Positions 9,467-16,768 of a stretch of 29,739 nucleotides of DNA are shown piece by piece. How positions within the stretch are numbered: position 1 is the first letter of the stretch; every line of letters begins with the position of its first letter. The stretch is from Fusobacteriota bacterium. GTDB taxonomy: Bacteria > Fusobacteriota > Fusobacteriia > Fusobacteriales > JBNJFI01. The notes below the pieces were generated by a model. That model was not told the origin of the DNA. It saw nothing but the letters and a program-made list of their open reading frames with translations, and did not search any database. Both the position numbers and the translations under genes were made by a program. The stretch covers positions 1 through 29,739 of the forward strand of contig JBNJFI010000017.1 of assembly GCA_051746725.1 (NCBI GenBank), given 5' to 3'.

Positions 9467-10548
9467 TGAAGTATTTTGTATCCACTGGTGAGGTGTCTGG
9501 TGACTTACATTTATCTTATCTGGTAAAAGAAATGAAAAAACTAGATGAAAATGTTAGATTTTATGGAGTAGCTGGTGAGCATTCCAAAAAAGCAGGAGTA
9601 GAGATAATTCAAAATATAGATGATTTAGCTATAATGGGATTTATCGAAGCTTTATCCAAATATAAATTTTTAAAAAATAAAGCTAAGGAATATATAAAAT
9701 TTATTAATTCTGAAAATATAGATAAGGTCATTTTGATTGATTATGGAGGTTTTAATCTATATTTTTTAAAATTATTAAAAAAAACTTTTCCAAATATAAA
9801 AGTTTATTATTATATTCCTCCTAAATTATGGGTGTGGGGAAAAAGAAGAATCAAAAAATTAAAACTAGCTGATGAAATTTTAGTTATCTTTCCATGGGAA
9901 GTTGATTTTTATAAAAAATACAATCTAAATACAGTTTATTACGGAAATCCCTTGGTTGATAAACTAAAAGCTAATAATAAAAAAAATGAAATTTCAAAGA
10001 TATTATTGCTTCCAGGTAGTAGACGTAAAGAAATATCCAAATTACTTCCATCTATGGTTAAGATTATGTATAAACTAAAAAATAAAAAATTTATATTAAA
10101 ATTAGCTTCCACTAAACATCTAGATTGGATAAAAGAAGATTATGAAGAAATATTGGAATATAAAAATTTAAAAATAATTCTAGATGGAGATCTACAGAAA
10201 TCGACAAAAGATGTTCAAATAGCTATTGCGGCTTCTGGAACTGTTACCTTAGAATTAGCCCTTTTGGGTATTCCAACTATTGTTGGATACAAGGTTAATA
10301 AAATTAATGAGTGGATTGCTAGATTTATTATAGATCTTGATTTTTTTTCTCTACCAAATATAACTTTAAAAAGAGAAATCTTTCCAGAATTATTACAAGA
10401 TGATTTTAATCCTAAAAGAATAATTAATGAAATTGAAAATATAAATAGAAACTATGATTCTATTAAAAAAGATTTACTTAAAATTCGAGAGATCCTTGGT
10501 GGAGAAGAAATCATAAAAAAATATGCAAAGTTTTTGATGAATAATTAA
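9466..10548 (+). CDS. lpxB: Lipid-A-disaccharide synthase
   Basis: GEVSGDLH, IDYGGFN, PPKLWVW, LLPGSR..EI, ASGTVTLE, SLPNI; TGATG overlap with lpxI. Confidence 0.96.
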   Translation: MKYFVSTGEVSGDLHLSYLVKEMKKLDENVRFYGVAGEHSKKAGVEIIQNIDDLAIMGFIEALSKYKFLKNKAKEYIKFINSENIDKVILIDYGGFNLYFLKLLKKTFPNIKVYYYIPPKLWVWGKRRIKKLKLADEILVIFPWEVDFYKKYNLNTVYYGNPLVDKLKANNKKNEISKILLLPGSRRKEISKLLPSMVKIMYKLKNKKFILKLASTKHLDWIKEDYEEILEYKNLKIILDGDLQKSTKDVQIAIAASGTVTLELALLGIPTIVGYKVNKINEWIARFIIDLDFFSLPNITLKREIFPELLQDDFNPKRIINEIENINRNYDSIKKDLLKIREILGGEEIIKKYAKFLMNN

Positions 10549-10577
10549 TATAATATAAATCTTTAATAGGAGGATTA

Positions 10578-11417
10578 ATGAAAGTTATACAAAGTGATCT
10601 TATTACAAATGAAGTAGCTAGATTATCTAAAGAAGCTAACTTTTTTTTAGGAAAAGATATCTGTGATGCTTATATTGAGTCTGCCAAAAAGGAGAAATCT
10701 AAAATAGGTAAAGAGGTATTAAAACAGTTATCTGAAAATGCAAAATTAGCAAGAAAAAATGAAAAACCGATATGCCAAGATACAGGAATGACAATAGTTT
10801 TTTTGGAAATTGGTGAAGAAGTTTTCATAGATGGGAATTTAAAAGAAGCTATAAATAATGGTGTCAAAAAAGGGTATGAAGAGGGTTATTTACGTAAATC
10901 AATAGTTAAAGATCCTATAAAACGTCAAAATACCAATGATAACACCCCAGCTATTATACATCAAGAAATAGTGAAAGGTGATAAACTTAAAATTACAGTA
11001 GCTCCAAAGGGTTTTGGAAGTGAAAATATGAGTCAAATATCAATGTTAGCTCCAGCCCAAGGAATTAAAGGAGTACAGGATTTTATATTAAAAGTCGTTG
11101 AAGAAGCTGGTCCTAACCCATGTCCTCCAATCTTAGTTGGAGTAGGTATTGGTGGGAATTTTGAGTATTCAGCTTATTTGGCTAAAAAAGCATTACTTAG
11201 AAAAGTAGGACAAAGAAATAAAGATAAATTTTATTCAGATTTTGAAAAGAAAACTTTGAAAAAAATTAATGATCTTGGAATTGGACCTCAAGGATTTGGT
11301 GGTATAACTACAGCATTAGATTTATTTGTAGAAACTGCTCCAACCCATATAGCTGGTCTTCCTGTAGCTGTTAATATTGGATGTCATGTAAATAGACATA
11401 AGGAAGTGATTTTATGA
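10578..11417 (+). CDS. Class I (Fe-S) fumarate hydratase, alpha subunit (fumarate/L-tartrate dehydratase family)
   Basis: PICQDTG, PKGFGSEN, NPCPP, GPQGFGG, PTHIAGLPVAVNIGCH. Confidence 0.92.
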   Translation: MKVIQSDLITNEVARLSKEANFFLGKDICDAYIESAKKEKSKIGKEVLKQLSENAKLARKNEKPICQDTGMTIVFLEIGEEVFIDGNLKEAINNGVKKGYEEGYLRKSIVKDPIKRQNTNDNTPAIIHQEIVKGDKLKITVAPKGFGSENMSQISMLAPAQGIKGVQDFILKVVEEAGPNPCPPILVGVGIGGNFEYSAYLAKKALLRKVGQRNKDKFYSDFEKKTLKKINDLGIGPQGFGGITTALDLFVETAPTHIAGLPVAVNIGCHVNRHKEVIL

Positions 11418-11965
11418 AAACTATTAGATTACAAACACCATTAAAGAATGAAGATATTAAAAATTTGAAAAGTGGAGATAAAGTTTTATTAAATGGAATT
11501 ATTTATACTGCAAGAGATGAGGCTCATAAAAAAATTATGAATTCAATAAAATTAGGAAAAAATATTCCTTTTGATTTAAAGGGAGCTGTAATATATTATG
11601 TTGGTCCTGCTCCTGCAAAAAAGGGAGAAGTGATTGGATCAGCTGGTCCGACAACAAGTTATAGGATGGACAGTTTTTCTCCAAAACTTATTAAACTTGG
11701 ACTAAAGGGAATGATTGGTAAGGGGAAAAGAGATAGTAGTGTTATAGAAGCTTGTAAAAAAAATAAAGCAATATATTTTGGAGCTACCGGAGGGGCTGCT
11801 GCACTTATATCAAACAGAATTAAAAGTTCTGAAATTATTGCATATAGAGAATTAGGTCCAGAGGCAGTTAGAAAATTATATGTTGAGGATTTCCCTTTGG
11901 TAGTTATAAATGATACTTATGGAAATGATCTATACGAGGAGGGAAAGAAAAAATGGAAGAAATAA
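11414..11965 (+). CDS. Class I fumarate hydratase, beta subunit
   Basis: [39 protein letters not shown] overlap with the alpha subunit. Confidence 0.92.
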   Translation: MKTIRLQTPLKNEDIKNLKSGDKVLLNGIIYTARDEAHKKIMNSIKLGKNIPFDLKGAVIYYVGPAPAKKGEVIGSAGPTTSYRMDSFSPKLIKLGLKGMIGKGKRDSSVIEACKKNKAIYFGATGGAAALISNRIKSSEIIAYRELGPEAVRKLYVEDFPLVVINDTYGNDLYEEGKKKWKK

Positions 11966-12687
11966 TTAGAGATGATGATAGAAAAAGAGATGAAATTAGA
12001 AATGTTAAAATAACTACAGGGTATGTAAAATATCCTGAAGGATCAGTTTTAATAGAAGCTGGAGATACAAAGGTTATATGTAATGCTACAGTAGAAGATA
12101 GGGTACCATATTTTTTAAGAGGACAAGGAAAAGGATGGCTTACTGCTGGATATTCTATGTTACCTAGAGCTACAGAAAGTAGAACTAGAAGAGAAGCTTC
12201 TGTTGGAAAACAAAAGGGAAGAACAATAGAAATACAAAGGTTAATTGGAAGATCATTAAGAACAGCTATAGATTTAGAAAAACTTGGAGAAAAAACTATA
12301 ACTATAGATTGTGATGTTATTCAAGCTGATGGAGGGACGCGAACAGCATCCATTACAGGTGGGTATATAGCTTTAGAATTGGCAATAAACAAGCTACTTT
12401 CACAGGGAGAAATTGAAGAAAATCCTTTGATTTCAAATGTTGCTGCTATAAGTGTTGGAGTTGTATATAATACTACTTTATTAGATCTCAAATATACCGA
12501 GGATTTTAAAGCAGATGTTGATATGAATGTAATAATGAATGACCAAGGAGAATTTATAGAAATACAAGGGACAGGTGAAGAAGCTACTTTTGATAGAGAA
12601 GAGTTGAATCAATTATTAGATTTAGCTGAAAAAGGGACAAGAGAACTAATAGAAATTCAAAAGAAAGCTATTGCATATGGTAAATAA
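11953..12687 (+). CDS. rph: Ribonuclease PH
   Basis: [50 protein letters not shown]. Confidence 0.97.
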   Translation: MEEIIRDDDRKRDEIRNVKITTGYVKYPEGSVLIEAGDTKVICNATVEDRVPYFLRGQGKGWLTAGYSMLPRATESRTRREASVGKQKGRTIEIQRLIGRSLRTAIDLEKLGEKTITIDCDVIQADGGTRTASITGGYIALELAINKLLSQGEIEENPLISNVAAISVGVVYNTTLLDLKYTEDFKADVDMNVIMNDQGEFIEIQGTGEEATFDREELNQLLDLAEKGTRELIEIQKKAIAYGK

Positions 12688-13285
12688 GAAAATTTTTCTT
12701 GCTACAAAAAATAAAGGAAAAATAAAAGAGATGAAAAAAATGTTAGAAAATGTTCCTAATATTGAAGTTCTATCTTTTTTGGATGGAATATCTACTCCAG
12801 AAATTATAGAAGATGGGAATAGTTTTGAAGAAAATAGTTGCAAAAAAGCATCTGAAATTGCAAAATATTTACAGATGTGGTCTATTGCAGATGATTCTGG
12901 TATTGTAGTAGAGGCTTTAGATGGTGCTCCTGGAATATATTCAGCAAGATATGCAGGAGAGAATGCTACTGACGTAGAAAATCTTGAAAAATTAAGAAAA
13001 CAAATGAAAAAAGAAGAAAACAAAAAAGCTAAATATGTAGCTGTGATTTCTATTTCTGATCCCGACGGAAATACTCATTCATTTAAAGGAGAGTTAAAAG
13101 GTGAAATTATTGATAAAAAGTTAGGAGAAAACGGATTTGGTTATGATCCTATTTTTTATCTTCCAGAATATAAAAAAACATCTGCTGAGATAAGTAGTGA
13201 ATTAAAAAATGAGATCAGTCATCGAGGCAAAGCTCTAAAAAAATTAAAACAAAACATTAATAATATAATATATGTAAAAAAATAA
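12677..13285 (+). CDS. rdgB: Non-canonical purine NTP pyrophosphatase RdgB (HAM1)
   Basis: [47 protein letters not shown] 12677 preferred over TTG 12671. Confidence 0.95.
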   Translation: MVNKKIFLATKNKGKIKEMKKMLENVPNIEVLSFLDGISTPEIIEDGNSFEENSCKKASEIAKYLQMWSIADDSGIVVEALDGAPGIYSARYAGENATDVENLEKLRKQMKKEENKKAKYVAVISISDPDGNTHSFKGELKGEIIDKKLGENGFGYDPIFYLPEYKKTSAEISSELKNEISHRGKALKKLKQNINNIIYVKK

Positions 13286-13353
13286 TATTCAAAGTTTTCG
13301 ATTTAAAAATAAGCGTGTCGAAAAACAGGATATTTCTATTTAAGGGGGATTAA

Positions 13354-14955
13354 ATGAAAAAGATAAATTTTCTTGGAAAAGAATTTACTTTTAAAGTTGA
13401 AAATATAGAAAGTGATGAACCCAAAAGCAAAAGAAGTTCATTAGAAATTAGACTCTTAATAATAATATCTCTATTTATAGGAACGGCTATATTTTTTAGA
13501 GGTAGTTTATTAAATAATCCTTATTCAGTGGGAAATAAAGCAAAAAAGGTAATTTCATCTCCAGTAGATGTATCTATGAAAAATTTGACTATTAAGAAAG
13601 GGGATATATTATTATATCCTGATGAAACTATACAAGAAGACGACATAGTAAAATTAAAAGCAACAGGAATATATAATTATCCACGAAATGTTGCTAAATT
13701 TATAGGATATATGCTATTTATGGTAACTCTTAGTTTTATATTTTATTATAGTAGTAAAAAAATACTCAAAAAAGAGTTTGAAGATAAAAAACAATTCTAT
13801 GCTATTTTAACAGTTTTGACTTTGACTTTACTTATGTTAATAATATTACCTATAGAATATATTTTGTTGTTTCCACTTACATTTTCAACCTTAATATTAA
13901 CTCTTTTAATAAATGAAAAATTATCTTTAGTGATAAATTCAATTTTAATATTATCACTAGTTGTTTATTTTAATATAAATTATATTCTGTTAACTTTATT
14001 TTTAGTTGAGTTGGCAGCTGTATTTTATTTAATAAAAAAAATAAAAAGTAGGACAGATATAATTAATATTGGTATATTTATTGGATTAATTAAAGTTATA
14101 TTTATTTTAGCGATTGATTTAATAATAGGAGAAGTAGTATTTGATATATCAATTGATATCATAGAAGTTTTCTTTTCTGGAATTATTGCAAGTATGTTAA
14201 CAATCGCAATTTTACCATATTTAGAAAACACATATAATATATTAACAGAAGTAAAATTATTAGAGTTAGCAGATTTTTCTAATCCTTTATTAAAAAAGTT
14301 ATTGATAAATGCTCCAGGTACTTTTCATCATAGTATATTGGTGGCAACTTTGGCAGAAAGAGCAGCAGAGGCCATTGGAGCTGATGCAACTTTTGCAAGA
14401 GTGGCTTCATACTATCACGATGTTGGAAAAATGAAAAGGCCAAACTTTTTTGTAGAAAATCAAAGAAATGGAAAAAATCCACATAATAAGTTGAGTCCAA
14501 ACTTAAGTAGTTTAGTCATAACTTCGCATACAAAGGATGGACAGAAATTAGGAAAAAAATATAAAATTCCAAAAGAGATAAGAGATGTTATGTCAGAACA
14601 TCAAGGAACAACTTTATTAGCATATTTTTATAATGAAGCTAAAAAAGAAAACCCCGATGTTAATGAAGAGGACTTCAAGTATGAAGGTCCTAAACCAGCC
14701 ACTAAAGAATCCGCTATAATTATGTTGGCTGATTCTATTGAAGCAGCTGTACGATCATTAGATGATAAAAATTCAGTTGCAGTTGAAAATTTAATTAGAA
14801 AAATAATAAATGGTAAAATTGATAGCGGACAACTTTCAAGGGCACAATTAACATTTAAAGATATTGAAGTGGTTATTCAAGCTTTTATATCTGTTATTCA
14901 GGGAATTTATCATTCTAGAATCAAATATCCAGATATAAAAAAGAAAAAAAAATAA
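13354..14955 (+). CDS. pgpH: Membrane 7TM-HD (HDIG) phosphohydrolase, PgpH-like cyclic-di-AMP phosphodiesterase
   Basis: About 7 TM helices, then APGTFHHS, YYHDVGK..P.FFVENQ, EHQGTT, IIMLADSIEAAVRS and HSRIKYP. The extracytoplasmic domain is short. Confidence 0.8.
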   Translation: MKKINFLGKEFTFKVENIESDEPKSKRSSLEIRLLIIISLFIGTAIFFRGSLLNNPYSVGNKAKKVISSPVDVSMKNLTIKKGDILLYPDETIQEDDIVKLKATGIYNYPRNVAKFIGYMLFMVTLSFIFYYSSKKILKKEFEDKKQFYAILTVLTLTLLMLIILPIEYILLFPLTFSTLILTLLINEKLSLVINSILILSLVVYFNINYILLTLFLVELAAVFYLIKKIKSRTDIINIGIFIGLIKVIFILAIDLIIGEVVFDISIDIIEVFFSGIIASMLTIAILPYLENTYNILTEVKLLELADFSNPLLKKLLINAPGTFHHSILVATLAERAAEAIGADATFARVASYYHDVGKMKRPNFFVENQRNGKNPHNKLSPNLSSLVITSHTKDGQKLGKKYKIPKEIRDVMSEHQGTTLLAYFYNEAKKENPDVNEEDFKYEGPKPATKESAIIMLADSIEAAVRSLDDKNSVAVENLIRKIINGKIDSGQLSRAQLTFKDIEVVIQAFISVIQGIYHSRIKYPDIKKKKK

Positions 14956-14963
14956 TATAATTC

Positions 14964-15004
14964 AAACAAAAAAGGCGAGAAAAATTATCCCGCCTTTTTT
15001 GTTT
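14964..15004. terminator. Bidirectional rho-independent terminator between convergent genes
   Basis: AAACAAAAAAGGCG (14964-14977) / CGCCTTTTTTGTTT (14991-15004), with a U-tract available on each strand. Confidence 0.88.
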
Positions 15005-16286
15005 ATTTATTATTTTCTACAACTTCCTTCATTTTAATTTCCATATTTTCCACAGCTTGAGCTGGACTTATTTCTCGATCAATAGCTTTAAAGATTTCAT
15101 CTTGCATTATTTCTGATAATTCAGGATATACTGGCGAAACTGGTCTTGGTACAGCGTATTTTAAGCCAAGTTTAAATCCCTTACTTCTAAAGAAAGGATT
15201 TGCATCAAGAACCTCTTCATCTTCCCAAACTTCATTTAAAGTTGGAGCTTGACCAGCATAGATTGCAGAAATCTTTTGTCCTTTAGGACCATTCATAAAT
15301 TTTAAAAATTCCCATGCAGCTTCGGGATTTTTTGAGTTTCGATTAATCATAGTAACCCATCCTCCTAAAGTAGCAGCTCCTCCATTAGTTCCTATAGGTA
15401 ATGGAGCAACACCAACCTTTCCTGCAATTTTTGATTTATCTTCATTATTTGCTAATCCCCATTGATAAGGCCAATTTCTAATAAAAACTGACTCTCCATT
15501 TATGAATTTTGTATGTGATTCTACTTCAGTATATGAAGTTATATCAAGAGGAACAAATGGTTGATTTAATAAATCAATAAATTTCTTAAGGCCCCTAACT
15601 GTTTGAGGTTGATTAATAACTATTCCCCCTTTCCAATCAACAACTTCTCCTCCGTAAGCTGCAATTAGTTCCATGGCATTACAAACTAATCCTTCATACT
15701 TTTTTGCTTGAGCTAAATATCCATAAGTTGTACCTTTTGCTCCTTGATATTTATCAGCCATTTTGATTAAATCATCCCAAGTCTCTGGAACTTCTTCAAT
15801 GATATCAGATCTATAAAAAAGTAATCCTGCATCCACAAACTTAGGTAATCCCCAAGTTTTTCCCTTAAATGTAACAGCAGCCATGGGACCTTCTAAATAT
15901 GCTTTTTTGTCAATTCCATCTTTTTCAATATATTCATCTAGCGCTAGTGCATAATTAGAATCAGCAAATTCAGCAGGCCAAACTACATCTGCATCAAAGA
16001 CATCTATATCTGAACTGTTTTCTGAAAATTCTTTAATATATTCATCATGTTGAAGATCAGTTGCATAAGGCATTTCTCTAAATTCGACTCTAATCTTTCC
16101 TTTATTTAATCGATTAAATTCTTCTACTAATTTCGCAGTAGCTTCTGTGGGATCCACTCCTCTTGCATAAGTGATAACAGTTTCATCAGAACTCCCTTTT
16201 TTGTTAGATTTTGAAGTTACTAAGCTCTTACAACCACCTAAAGATAAAATTAAAATTATACTTAAAAATAAAATACTTTTTTTCAT
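15003..16286 (-). CDS. Sugar ABC transporter (CUT1) substrate-binding lipoprotein, trehalose/maltose-binding-protein-like; orphan
   Basis: Lipobox LSLGGC; DVVWPAEFA, YEGLVCN, FIRNWPY, ATLGGW, PRPVSPVY motifs; AAGGAGG SD. Confidence 0.88.
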   Translation of the reverse strand: MKKSILFLSIILILSLGGCKSLVTSKSNKKGSSDETVITYARGVDPTEATAKLVEEFNRLNKGKIRVEFREMPYATDLQHDEYIKEFSENSSDIDVFDADVVWPAEFADSNYALALDEYIEKDGIDKKAYLEGPMAAVTFKGKTWGLPKFVDAGLLFYRSDIIEEVPETWDDLIKMADKYQGAKGTTYGYLAQAKKYEGLVCNAMELIAAYGGEVVDWKGGIVINQPQTVRGLKKFIDLLNQPFVPLDITSYTEVESHTKFINGESVFIRNWPYQWGLANNEDKSKIAGKVGVAPLPIGTNGGAATLGGWVTMINRNSKNPEAAWEFLKFMNGPKGQKISAIYAGQAPTLNEVWEDEEVLDANPFFRSKGFKLGLKYAVPRPVSPVYPELSEIMQDEIFKAIDREISPAQAVENMEIKMKEVVENNK

Positions 16287-16338
16287 AAAATCCTCCTTTT
16301 TTTATATAAATTTAAAATTTTTGATTAAAATTTTGTAT

Positions 16339-16443
16339 TTAGGGAGGAGAATATACAGTTAATGTTTTTTGAAAATAATTAAAATTTGAAAATAACTTAA
16401 ATATCTTGAAATTTAAGATAAAAAACGGTTCTAATTTCACCAT
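16339..16443 (-). CDS. Putative 34-aa leader peptide MVKLEPFFILNFKIFKLFSNFNYFQKTLTVYSPP
   Basis: Near-perfect SD AAGGAGGTG (16447-16455, minus) just upstream of ATG-GTG. The frame is open to TAA 16339-16341, and an extended -10 TGTTATAAT lies upstream. Confidence 0.6.
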   Translation of the reverse strand: MVKLEPFFILNFKIFKLFSNFNYFQKTLTVYSPP

Positions 16444-16470
16444 AAACACCTCCTTTTCGAAATGCTAAAA

Positions 16471-16479
16471 ATTATAACA
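16471..16479 (-). promoter_or_regulatory. Extended -10 promoter for the leader ORF and sugar-binding protein
   Basis: The minus strand reads TGTTATAAT (TGnTATAAT); there is no good -35. Confidence 0.5.
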
Positions 16480-16490
16480 AATTGTCTTAT

Positions 16491-16512
16491 ATAAATAGTT
16501 TAAACTATTTAT
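16491..16512. promoter_or_regulatory. Perfect 22-bp palindrome, candidate operator
   Basis: ATAAATAGTTT|AAACTATTTAT, covering the -35 position of the minus-strand promoter. Confidence 0.55.
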
Positions 16513-16713
16513 TATAAAAAATCAATATAAAAAAAAGTGGTATTTTTTCATATTGATTAATAATGAACCATTAACAAATAAAAAGTTTTATATATGTTCA
16601 TATGATCATAATTTAAACCTTTTATTCAAAAAAAGAAAACAAAAAAAATATTTAATATATATATAATAAACTAAATATTTAAAACAACTTTATATAAAAG
16701 TCTCCTTTTTTGA

Positions 16714-16742
16714 TTGCAACACATATGCAATTATGCTATAAT
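16714..16742 (+). promoter_or_regulatory. sigma70 promoter of the polA operon
   Basis: TTGCAA (16714-16719), 17 nt, TATAAT (16737-16742), with extended -10 TG at 16734-16735. Confidence 0.75.
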
Positions 16743-16768
16743 AGTTATATAAATTGGAGGTAAAATAT

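Noticed and set aside
16171..16362. 63-aa + strand ORF
   Set aside because: It is antisense to the signal peptide of the sugar-binding protein and the leader ORF, with no SD or recognisable motif.
16343..16382. GGAGGA on the + strand as an SD for a tiny ORF (ATG 16362, MFFENN)
   Set aside because: The spacing of about 13 nt is too long and the ORF has only 6 codons. The sequence is better explained as the minus-strand SPP codons/anti-SD.
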